DNA from: a virus
Lineage: Duplodnaviria; Caudoviricetes
Length of the DNA: 64,000 nt
IMG/VR virus record: IMGVR_UViG_3300027805_000006
Reading direction: 5' to 3' (one strand)
Part shown: piece by piece, positions 26,661 through 35,301 of the stretch
Layout of the letters: every line of letters begins with the position of its first letter
How positions within the stretch are numbered: the first letter of the stretch is position 1
Notes under the pieces: model-generated
Database searches by the model: none
The model's input: only the letters and a program-made list of their open reading frames with translations
Told to the model about the DNA's origin: nothing
Position numbers and translations under genes: made by a program

Positions 26661-27068
26661 TTATACTCCTTTTTCTGTGATTAAATTATAACCAGAGAAG
26701 TCATCCACTTCAAAGACTTTTTTGGTTGTGTATTCCTTAATTTTCTCAAGCACTTCCTCGTGCATCACATCTTCAAACTCAACTTTGTCAAAGGCGATTC
26801 TACCGTTAACACCTCGCTCGAATGCTTCTTTAAAGTAGTTCTCTCGCTTTTCCTTGTTTACCCAGCGGAAAGCCTTTCCGTTAATGATGTCAATAACTTC
26901 CATTTCATACACTTTGTGCGTCTGCGTGTCGATAATAATTGAAGCAGACAGTCCTTCCTTCAGGTCACTGTCAATATAATACGCATTTGGACCATAGCAT
27001 GACCAACAGAACTCACTTCCACCAGTAATCCGATAGTTGATAGCATCCAAGAATTTCTGTATTAACAT
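26661..27068 (-). CDS. conserved phage hypothetical protein
   Basis: YRITGGSEFCWSCYGPNA. Confidence 0.7.
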   Translation of the reverse strand: MLIQKFLDAINYRITGGSEFCWSCYGPNAYYIDSDLKEGLSASIIIDTQTHKVYEMEVIDIINGKAFRWVNKEKRENYFKEAFERGVNGRIAFDKVEFEDVMHEEVLEKIKEYTTKKVFEVDDFSGYNLITEKGV

Positions 27069-27070
27069 TT

Positions 27071-27280
27071 TTACTCCAATGTCAAAACTTCAAAGTCAAC
27101 ATATTCATATGTGCCTTGCTTGCTCAAAGTATGAACGAGGGCCCGCGCCTTTTCTTTACTGTCAACAGCGTGCAAAATATGGCGATCAACGGCGCATCCT
27201 GGCAAACCAGGAAATGGCTTTTGATCGCCAAACACAATAAAGACTTCCATCGTTGCAACTTCCTGCATAGTATTTCCCAT
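27071..27280 (-). CDS. hypothetical protein
   Basis: ORF in gene series. Confidence 0.5.
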   Translation of the reverse strand: MGNTMQEVATMEVFIVFGDQKPFPGLPGCAVDRHILHAVDSKEKARALVHTLSKQGTYEYVDFEVLTLE

Positions 27281-27379
27281 GCTTGAATACGGTGGTCTTA
27301 GAGAGAATGGGGAGGTGCTACTGGACCAGTCGTTTCACCGCCGAGATCACTCAACGGAGCACCTCCCCAACTCAATACT

Positions 27380-27706
27380 TCAAGAAGCCTGCACAGGAGC
27401 GACTTCCGCCGGCTGCTCAACCACGGGAGTGGTTTGAGCCTGCAGCCGAGCAGCGACCTTCGTGCGCAGCGTGGCAACCTTCAACTTCTTGAGGTCAGCA
27501 CGTTGGCCAACCTTGAGCGTCACAGCCTGCTCGAGCAACTTGGCAAAGTCAGCAGCCTTGCCTTCAATCACAGCGTGGTTCCAAACCGGTCCAAAGGAGA
27601 AGCGCTTGCGCGCAGCACGCTGAGCAACCGACTTCGGCACCACGGGGGTGACGGCAACTTCCACTTGGGCAACTTCAACAGTTTGAGTGACTTCATTCAT
27701 TTTCAA
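27380..27706 (-). CDS. Ala/Val/Lys-rich early protein
   Basis: Behind an early promoter; GGAG RBS; GC-rich codons. Confidence 0.7.
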   Translation of the reverse strand: MKMNEVTQTVEVAQVEVAVTPVVPKSVAQRAARKRFSFGPVWNHAVIEGKAADFAKLLEQAVTLKVGQRADLKKLKVATLRTKVAARLQAQTTPVVEQPAEVAPVQAS

Positions 27707-27763
27707 AACTCCTTAATGATTGACGTTTCAGAGAATTCGGTTATTTGTTTAACCGATGAAGCC

Positions 27764-27846
27764 ATTATACATCAACCAGAAGTCTTGTAAACAACTTTTT
27801 CGTAACAAGAAATAAGATTGTAACAATGTATCAAAAATGATACATT
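27764..27846 (-). promoter_or_regulatory. early promoter GTTTAC-N17-TATAAT with GTTAC boxes and TGTATCA-N4-TGATACA palindrome
   Basis: -35 at 27787-27792, -10 at 27764-27769, palindrome 27825-27846. Confidence 0.8.
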
Positions 27847-28328
27847 TAGGAGCCCAGCCGCTGCTCAATCCACCGGACAATTGCCTGCTGCAGCATGGGC
27901 TTGAGGTCTTCTTTGTTGAGGACCAGTCGCTCGTCAAAAGCCAATTCACCATCGGCAGTTACATCGGCGGCCCCGCTGCTGCAGAAGCAGTCCATAAGGT
28001 CAAGCGTGGCGTGCTCAAGTGCCTCATCAAAATCAACTATGCCAACAAGATTTTCAAGCGTGCTTTCAAGTTCATCAACCCGCTGAAGTAGTTGATTTCT
28101 TTCTGACCTAGCAATTGCTAGGTCAATCGCCATTGTCTTCAGCGTCTGGTTCATGCTTGATAAAACATCTGACGCCTGCTGGATAAGACTTGGCAAATCT
28201 TCAGCAATTACGGCTATACCATTACCGCCAGGGGCAGTAATGGCTCCCATGCTTCCGTCGATGATGACCTGCTGTAGGCTTTGAAGGTTTGACTGCTCTT
28301 CATTTTTTCGGCTTACAATCGTTGGCAT
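27846..28328 (-). CDS. hypothetical coiled-coil protein
   Basis: 160-aa ORF. Confidence 0.65.
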   Translation of the reverse strand: MPTIVSRKNEEQSNLQSLQQVIIDGSMGAITAPGGNGIAVIAEDLPSLIQQASDVLSSMNQTLKTMAIDLAIARSERNQLLQRVDELESTLENLVGIVDFDEALEHATLDLMDCFCSSGAADVTADGELAFDERLVLNKEDLKPMLQQAIVRWIEQRLGS

Positions 28329-28330
28329 TT

Positions 28331-28654
28331 TTACTCCTTGATATAACCGACCTTTGCTTCAGTGCCTGGAGGACATAAAGAAATTAGATAATCTAGTTCC
28401 TCTTGAGATACATCCACTGGATCAACTGGGGGAAACCGATTTAGAAACTTCTCTTCGTCCATCTGCCCCCTAAAGCCCGGTCCAGCGTACTGTACCTGAT
28501 CAGGCCGCCGACGGATAACTGTCACATATGTATTCTTTTCTTCGTCTAGATAAATTTGACCCGCTGAAACACCAAAGTTTGCTTGAAAGTTCATTTTTAC
28601 CTCAAGGTAGTGGAAGGATAAAATATTGTAGTCTATCCTTCCACCCTTGTACAC
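28331..28654 (-). CDS. hypothetical protein
   Basis: ORF; true start probably MNFQAN. Confidence 0.6.
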   Translation of the reverse strand: MYKGGRIDYNILSFHYLEVKMNFQANFGVSAGQIYLDEEKNTYVTVIRRRPDQVQYAGPGFRGQMDEEKFLNRFPPVDPVDVSQEELDYLISLCPPGTEAKVGYIKE

Positions 28655-28667
28655 CTGCGAATTTAGG

Positions 28668-31436
28668 TTATGTAACTGTAATAGTTATTGTACCTGTTGT
28701 TGCACTTCCAGGAACGTTTAGATTTCTGTCTGTTACGTTCAGAGTAAATGTATAGATTCCAGGAGTAGATGGAGTTCCTAGAATAATTACATCCCCATTG
28801 CTTCCTTGATTTGCTATTAGGCTTGTGCCTGGAGGTATTGCTCCAGAAGCAATCGTATAACTTGAAATTCCATTACCAAAGCCAGAAGTAACATATGCTA
28901 CTGTCTTTCTTGGAGAGGTATACGTTGCTATTGGGCTACCAGATGCAAATGTCCAGTTGGTTGTTGCAACTGTAAATGCTGAAGAATTAACAACAAGATT
29001 TGTTGACCCAGATGCACTTCCACCGGAGTTTGTAACTGTCATCGACAATAAACCGGCTGAACCTAGAGTTATCTCACCGCTATAAGAAATATTGCCACCG
29101 CTAAAATTGTATGTACCATAACCGGTAAATGCAATTCCACCGCTAACAGTATATGTTCCAGGAGCAGTTGGTCCACCACTTACTGTAATTGAAGTTACAG
29201 TACCTGTGTATGTTCCAAGTGCAAATGTTCCAGCACCATCTAGGCGTGCAGTTGCTGAGGTAGTTGCTAGCATACTTAAAGTAGGTGCTGGCGCAGGTGC
29301 AGGTGCTGGCGCAGGTGCTGGCGCACTTGCAATAACAGTTACTGAACGAGTAGCAACTGAATATCCCACTGCATTCGTGGCTCTCATCCAAACATTATGG
29401 ACACCAGGAGGTAGAGATGCAACAACTGATGCACCTGCCGCACTTGTCTGATCAACACTACCATTTCCTGTAAAGTCCCATTCAATTGTTGTTGGAGAAT
29501 TTGCAGAAGTATCAGTAAACGTAATAGACGCTGGGTTTCCTATTGCAGGGTTTGGACTTACTGCGAAACTTGCTATTGGCAATCCTGCGGGAACTGTTCC
29601 ACTAGCTACAGTAATATACGCAATTTTTGTAAGAACGTCTGAACCACCAGAGTTGGATGCACGTACTCTAACGCTATATTTTCCTGCTGTATAGTATTTG
29701 TAAGTTGGTATTGTCACAAATGGATAAACAAACGGAGTGAAATTACCATTTCCTTCAAAATCAAATTCTATAAGAGATGGTGAACCAGTTCCTGTCCATG
29801 AAAATGTAACTAGACCACCAGATGCAGGGGAAACAGTATTTGCGGTAAAATCAACTATTGGTGCTGGTGTAAATGCCACATTAGCAAATGGAGCAGAAGT
29901 TCCTGCAGCATCAGTACCGGCAACATATGTCAATGGGGCTGGAAACAGATCTATGTTGGATATACCATACGCTGTTCTATCTCTAATTACCTGCACGTTC
30001 ACAGTAGAAGAACCAGTAAGACCTACATCTGATTGTAGCCGAACATCTACGTTGAAACTACTCCCACTTGCAGAACCAGTAATCATTATGCCATTTGCCC
30101 CCGATGTTTTATTCACCAGTGTTGATAAAGACGAGATTGCATTTATTAGACCTACAGCACTTGGTACTGCAGACATTACTAAAGGAATAATATTACCAAA
30201 TGACCGTGTTTTATCTGCTGTAACTCTAAAATACGCGTTTGCGTCATCGATAAATGCCTTGAATGCAGTATCAGCAGCTGTTGGTGATGGGCCATGTGTA
30301 TATACAATTTGAATTTGAATTGCATTTCCGCCATAGATGAATGCATCACGATCAGCAACTGAAGTAAAGTTAAATTTTGTGTTTACATATGCAGTTCCAC
30401 CAGTCCAACTTCCTGAGCGAATGCAATGTAACTGTGATACTACTTCAGGAGAAAATGATGTTACAGTGCTTGAATTGCCAGCAATTCCTCTTAGAGAATA
30501 TCGATTTTCTTCTGCAAGTTGAAGTGTGTTTGCTGTTTCTGTATATGCACCAAACATTGTAATTGAACCAAACTTACGACTCATTCTTCTTTCTAGAGAA
30601 GGATACCGTACATCATTTGCTGGGAGTGCTAACAGGTCAGCAGGTGCTTGTCTGCCGTCCTGAACAAATGGGATTGAACTGATGCTTTCAACAGCGGCAG
30701 TAGGTAAATCTAGTCTGCTTACTGCCCATTTTGCAGCAGCAAGCAACTTATCCCAATCCTGTGAATATGGTTGAGCCTCAAGTTGGGGTACTGTTATAGG
30801 AATCGCAATATTAGCATCGCTATTAAAAGCGGTATTTAGGTCAGAATCTAGTGCAGTAAAATCTGTTAGATTGTTAATGAACTTTCCTACTGCACCATTA
30901 CCCCCAGTTATTGCTGGGTCATCAATTAACTGACCTACAACTTCACGTATTGCATTATATTCATATCTTACACCATCTGCTTCCACCTGTGGCCAAATTT
31001 GATTCCAGCCCCCATTTCCTGTACCAACAGGAAAACGTCCTAGACCGGTATAAACATAAAGAACAGCGCTGTTGTTTCCTGTGCGCTCGAGCCATAGGTC
31101 ACCAGTGGTTGGAGATCCAGGTGCTGGATCTCCAGGTGAAGTAAAACTTATCGTTCCCATTGTTCTCCACGTGATGGGAACTGTTGATGTACATAATTTT
31201 AGAACCTCAGCAGCAGAGTCATACCAAAGTTGCCCTGCAGTGGGGTATAAAGGAGCAGTTGAATCTGCAAAGTTCTCAAGCAGCCTCAACAGGTTTTCTT
31301 GCTGTGCTTTACCGTAGTTTGCAGCGCCTTTGCCAGTTAGCACGAGTGATGTTGCAGTTGTTACAGTAGAAGCAACAGGCACTGAAATAGAAGTCTTTCC
31401 TACAATGGTAGGATTTTTCCAGACTAGAGTATACAT
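28668..31436 (-). CDS. virion structural protein with PKD and Ig-like domains
   Basis: N-terminal L.GK...YG..QQENLLRLLENFA...P..GQLWYD; two PKD-like units (IEWDF.GNG; Y..AGKYSV); (AP)n linker; C-terminal GTPSTPGIYTFT. Confidence 0.75.
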   Translation of the reverse strand: MYTLVWKNPTIVGKTSISVPVASTVTTATSLVLTGKGAANYGKAQQENLLRLLENFADSTAPLYPTAGQLWYDSAAEVLKLCTSTVPITWRTMGTISFTSPGDPAPGSPTTGDLWLERTGNNSAVLYVYTGLGRFPVGTGNGGWNQIWPQVEADGVRYEYNAIREVVGQLIDDPAITGGNGAVGKFINNLTDFTALDSDLNTAFNSDANIAIPITVPQLEAQPYSQDWDKLLAAAKWAVSRLDLPTAAVESISSIPFVQDGRQAPADLLALPANDVRYPSLERRMSRKFGSITMFGAYTETANTLQLAEENRYSLRGIAGNSSTVTSFSPEVVSQLHCIRSGSWTGGTAYVNTKFNFTSVADRDAFIYGGNAIQIQIVYTHGPSPTAADTAFKAFIDDANAYFRVTADKTRSFGNIIPLVMSAVPSAVGLINAISSLSTLVNKTSGANGIMITGSASGSSFNVDVRLQSDVGLTGSSTVNVQVIRDRTAYGISNIDLFPAPLTYVAGTDAAGTSAPFANVAFTPAPIVDFTANTVSPASGGLVTFSWTGTGSPSLIEFDFEGNGNFTPFVYPFVTIPTYKYYTAGKYSVRVRASNSGGSDVLTKIAYITVASGTVPAGLPIASFAVSPNPAIGNPASITFTDTSANSPTTIEWDFTGNGSVDQTSAAGASVVASLPPGVHNVWMRATNAVGYSVATRSVTVIASAPAPAPAPAPAPAPTLSMLATTSATARLDGAGTFALGTYTGTVTSITVSGGPTAPGTYTVSGGIAFTGYGTYNFSGGNISYSGEITLGSAGLLSMTVTNSGGSASGSTNLVVNSSAFTVATTNWTFASGSPIATYTSPRKTVAYVTSGFGNGISSYTIASGAIPPGTSLIANQGSNGDVIILGTPSTPGIYTFTLNVTDRNLNVPGSATTGTITITVT
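29283..29325 (-). repeat. short tandem repeat encoding (PA)n linker
   Basis: GGTGCTGGCGCA units. Confidence 0.8.
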
Positions 31437-31510
31437 TCATCTTCCTTTCACCGGCTTGAAAATATGGCGTGGTGCAACCGGTTTTAAGCATCCACTGCTT
31501 ATTTACGCGG

Positions 31511-31538
31511 AAAAGACAAAGGGGGTCTTAAGACCCCC
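31511..31538 (-). terminator. intrinsic terminator after phoH
   Basis: GGGGGTC-TTAA-GACCCCC then TTTGTCTTTT on the minus strand. Confidence 0.8.
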
Positions 31539-31559
31539 ATTATTGCTAAAGTTTCCTCC

Positions 31560-32318
31560 TTATGCTCGTAGGATAGATGGTTCTTGAGAAGACCTCTGTG
31601 TTTTGGTCTCAGGAGAATCAAGGTATGTTAGGAGTTCCCTAACTATCTCTGAGCGCACGCAGTCCTGATTTGTAAAGCGAATAACATTTATATTGCGGCT
31701 GACGCCTGCCAATTTTCTGCTTATCCACCTTAGTCCATTCTCACTGCCACCACGTAAATCACTTTGAGTATCATCTCCATTAATGGCAAACTGACTGTAT
31801 TCACCAATCCGTGTCACAAACAACTTCATTTGCTCTACAGTTGTGTTTTGCGCCTCATCTAGAATGACATAACAGTTGTTGAAGGTACGACCCCTCATAT
31901 AGGCAAGAGGCGCAAATTCAATTTTGCCACTGTCAAGAAGTTTCTTTGACATAGTTGGACCAACTAGGTCATTCAAAGCATCTAGTAATGGGAGAAGATA
32001 CGGTTGAATTTTTTCTTCAAAGGTGCCAGGAAGGAAACCTAGATTTTCTCCGGCTTCGCACACTGGACGTGTAATGACTACTTTTGAAACTTGGTTGCTT
32101 AGTAACTTTGAGACTGCTACCGACATTGCGATGAAGGACTTACCTGACCCAGCAGGACCTGCGCCAATTGTGAGAGTTGATTCTTCTAGCGACTCTTTAT
32201 ACAGTCGCTGAGATTCATTTTTTGGAAGTGGATTGAATTTTATCCGAATTACTTTTGCACTTTCTTCATTAATTGGTTGAGGATAGCGCTGTTTTGCTAC
32301 TGCTAATCGACGTCCCAT
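31560..32318 (-). CDS. phoH: PhoH-family ATPase
   Basis: GPAGSGKS, ITRP, GFLPG, YMRGRT, ILDEAQN, GD..QSD. Confidence 0.95.
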   Translation of the reverse strand: MGRRLAVAKQRYPQPINEESAKVIRIKFNPLPKNESQRLYKESLEESTLTIGAGPAGSGKSFIAMSVAVSKLLSNQVSKVVITRPVCEAGENLGFLPGTFEEKIQPYLLPLLDALNDLVGPTMSKKLLDSGKIEFAPLAYMRGRTFNNCYVILDEAQNTTVEQMKLFVTRIGEYSQFAINGDDTQSDLRGGSENGLRWISRKLAGVSRNINVIRFTNQDCVRSEIVRELLTYLDSPETKTQRSSQEPSILRA

Positions 32319-32497
32319 TATTTCCTCCTACAGGAAGGGCCGTTTGGATATCCGGAGTTAAATAAACTCCGGGGCTTCGACAAACAGAGGGGCTGATAAA
32401 TTTGCAACGAGGCGAAATGACCATTTCTTGCTCGAACATGGTGTAGGATAAGCCCTTGCTTGTATTCATATCAGGCGTTTTAAACCCTGAAGTGAAA

Positions 32498-32857
32498 TTA
32501 GTCTTGACGTGCCAGAACGTACTTCATCCAGTCAACTGGACAAGGTCCTGCTCCCCAAGGCATTTCTTTTCCTGCTTGTAGGCAGTCCTTGAGAAACTGT
32601 GCTAGTTTGACTGTCTCTTCTGGCGTCAATGATTTGATTGATTCAACGACCTCAACAGATGTTGCACCAATTGAACCTGGATTTCTAAGCCCTGGCACAG
32701 TTGGCCTTACACCTTCATTGAAGTACTGTGATAGCCAACTAAGAACAAATGTTTGATAGTGATTTGTTACTTTTCCAGCCTTGATAATCTCATCTAGAGT
32801 CAGGTCAACGAGTTGTTCAGAGTGACCTTCATTTGTGATTGAGCGATGTAGATTCAT
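32498..32857 (-). CDS. hypothetical late protein
   Basis: TATAAATA at 32884-32891. Confidence 0.7.
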   Translation of the reverse strand: MNLHRSITNEGHSEQLVDLTLDEIIKAGKVTNHYQTFVLSWLSQYFNEGVRPTVPGLRNPGSIGATSVEVVESIKSLTPEETVKLAQFLKDCLQAGKEMPWGAGPCPVDWMKYVLARQD

Positions 32858-32951
32858 GATATGCTCTCAGGTTAGGATAAAATTATTTATAGAAACGTGG
32901 TCATCTTTGCATCATAAATAAATTTATAGCGCATATCAATATGGGAGATAT

Positions 32952-33176
32952 ATGGCCGAAAACACAGATGGTGAGTACTTTACAGACGTTCCGAGAACTT
33001 CTATCCCTAATGCAGATACCTGGGATACCCTATCTGCAAATCAACTAATTGAAACAAAAAATACGCTGATGAGTCAATTATTTGCATTTCAGAATAGACC
33101 TGAGATTGCAAAAACATTGCAAAAAGGAATTGCGAGGCTTGATGCGCTTATTTCTTTGCGGTCAGTCGGGTCTTAA
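32952..33176 (+). CDS. hypothetical late protein
   Basis: CATAAATA at 32913-32920; GGAG RBS. Confidence 0.65.
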   Translation: MAENTDGEYFTDVPRTSIPNADTWDTLSANQLIETKNTLMSQLFAFQNRPEIAKTLQKGIARLDALISLRSVGS

Positions 33177-33768
33177 TAGGTAGTTGGACTTCAGCGAAAT
33201 CAACAACTCTATCAACTAGACCGAACTTTTTAAGTTCGATAGGTGTAAGGTACCTATCAGACGGTGAAAATAAAACGTCACGTATTTGACGCTCATTCAT
33301 TGCTGAGTGTCTAAGGAAGTGGCGAATAAAGCGTTGCTCCAGCATTTTATAAGAAGTTTGTGTGGCAAGTAGTTCGTGGTGCTTGCCGCTAAAATAACCA
33401 GCAAATTGATGTGCCATAACTTCTGTATTTTTAGTGATTGCACGATGGCCTTTTGCACCGCCGGAAAGTAGTAGCACCCCCATTGACATAATATTCCCAA
33501 CTCCAACCGTAGCAATTGGAATTCTAGAAGTATCCATCAAGTCAATGATAGCAAATCCTTCTGCACATTCACCACCCACTGTATTCAGAATAAGAGTGAG
33601 GTGAGAACGTTCTCTCTGCAGAATGTTTGATTTAAGAATAAAATCACACGCTGCATATGATTTCTCTTCATCAACTTCACCAAAAAATAAATGAACACCC
33701 AAAGCATCTAAACTAATGGTGTCGTATTGATTTCCTGATTGGTCTTGGTCTTCAGGTTTCTTCTGCAT
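33148..33768 (-). CDS. clpP: ClpP-like protease subunit
   Basis: LNTVGG...GFAIID, MSMG (catalytic Ser), MAHQ (His), YLTP.E.KKFGLVD. Confidence 0.85.
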   Translation of the reverse strand: MQKKPEDQDQSGNQYDTISLDALGVHLFFGEVDEEKSYAACDFILKSNILQRERSHLTLILNTVGGECAEGFAIIDLMDTSRIPIATVGVGNIMSMGVLLLSGGAKGHRAITKNTEVMAHQFAGYFSGKHHELLATQTSYKMLEQRFIRHFLRHSAMNERQIRDVLFSPSDRYLTPIELKKFGLVDRVVDFAEVQLPIKTRLTAKK

Positions 33769-33862
33769 CTAATATCCCTCTGCGGGGTAACCTTACCGAT
33801 TTCTATTTACAGACAAAACAACCTCGTTTTGGGAGGGTGTATTTCATAATATGAAATACAGG

Positions 33863-34267
33863 TCATTCAATGACTTCCAGCCCCCAATCAACTTCCAAGC
33901 AATTTTTTGAATACCACTCCATCCAGTCGATTTCCTGACCTCGGAAAGCCCTCATTATCTGTGAAAACAGAGGTGTTTTTGCGTATTTTTGAGCCATCTG
34001 CTTAACATCCATGTCAGCCGCGGTGCCCGAAATAATTGCAATAATAACCTGCTCACGAGCGTCTTCAATCACCTCGCTGATGGTGCGCTGAACTAATTCA
34101 ATCGGCTTAGTTGATTTTCCAACCATTACAAAAGCAGCCCTGAGGTCGTCAGCAGTTCCAGCAGCAACTGCGCGTGCAATGTCACCGAAGAAGAGGTGAA
34201 CGCCCAGTGAGTTGAGCGATATGTCGTCGTACGTCAGAGCTTCCTGATCCTGCGATCTACGGGTCAT
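33863..34267 (-). CDS. chimeric ORF: ClpP-like N-terminus fused to RNA-ligase C-terminal domain
   Basis: YDDISLNSLGVHLFFG matches the clpP start; the rest aligns to the C-terminus of 35251..36390. Confidence 0.7.
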   Translation of the reverse strand: MTRRSQDQEALTYDDISLNSLGVHLFFGDIARAVAAGTADDLRAAFVMVGKSTKPIELVQRTISEVIEDAREQVIIAIISGTAADMDVKQMAQKYAKTPLFSQIMRAFRGQEIDWMEWYSKNCLEVDWGLEVIE

Positions 34268-34440
34268 CTGTGTCTCCAGCAGAGCTGAACGAGCTGAAGT
34301 ATTTAGCGAACCGGGCGAGGGGTGCTGAATTTTACCTGGTGAAATGCAGGTTAGAGGATCTCGACGACCTACGCGTGAAGGTGATAGTGTGATGAAGTAT
34401 GTGTCTTGAGTTCATAAATACACTTCAAATGGAGAACATA

Positions 34441-35301
34441 ATGAACTTTAAAACGTGGTATGAACAGCACCGCAGCAATCCCAACTGGGCAATTAACCTA
34501 AAAAAGCTTGATGAACCGCTATACAAAAAAGTTGCTTCATCCGTTGGCGATCGTTGGGCAGAGAAGGCCTATACCTTCATCAATCAGCTTTCTTCAAGAC
34601 CTGTATGCCGCTGCGGTGCAGAGAGACCGTGGTATGGTCGTAGCTATGCGCTGAGATGTAGTGTGCGGTGCTCAAATATTGAGACGGCTTCTTTTCGTGC
34701 GACAACTCTCAAGGCTAGAAGCGAAGAACAGAAAAAGAAAGTGGCCGCCAAGGCGCGTGCAACAAGCATTGAAAGATATGGCGAAGATTATGCAACTGCC
34801 CGGGCAAAAAAGCGATCAGCAAGCACTATCTCGCGTACTGAAAATGCTAGGAAGAAATCAATGCTTATTCGCTATGGAGTTTCAAATCCCGCGCAACTTG
34901 AAGAGGCACAGCAAAAGCGCAAATTAACCTACTCAAAGAGAACTGATGAACAGCGAGAGGCAACAAGACTAAAGAACTTTGCAACAAGATGCGCTAGAGG
35001 CATATCATTGCCTAATGATCATCCCTCAATCTTTAAGTCAAAGAAATCCTACACTCGTCGGGTGAGATACCTAACAAATGTTTCTGTGAAGCAGCATGGG
35101 CTTTTTTCAAGCAGATCACGAGAGCAACATGTAGATCACATCTTCTCTGTGCTAGATGGCTACAGGCATCATGTCTCACCAGAAGTATTAGCACATCCTG
35201 CAAACCTCAGGCTGCTGTGCGCAAGCAATAACAGCCGAAAAAACTCACGCTCAGATATCACCATCGATGAGCTGTTCGCCCGCATCGAGCACTGCAAGTG
35301 A
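34441..35301 (+). CDS. free-standing HNH homing-endonuclease-like protein
   Basis: CRCG...CSVRC, ERYG/IRYGVSN repeats, HVDHIFS...NLRLL...N.RK; CATAAATA at 34413-34420 and GGAG favour start 34441. Confidence 0.75.
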   Translation: MNFKTWYEQHRSNPNWAINLKKLDEPLYKKVASSVGDRWAEKAYTFINQLSSRPVCRCGAERPWYGRSYALRCSVRCSNIETASFRATTLKARSEEQKKKVAAKARATSIERYGEDYATARAKKRSASTISRTENARKKSMLIRYGVSNPAQLEEAQQKRKLTYSKRTDEQREATRLKNFATRCARGISLPNDHPSIFKSKKSYTRRVRYLTNVSVKQHGLFSSRSREQHVDHIFSVLDGYRHHVSPEVLAHPANLRLLCASNNSRKNSRSDITIDELFARIEHCK

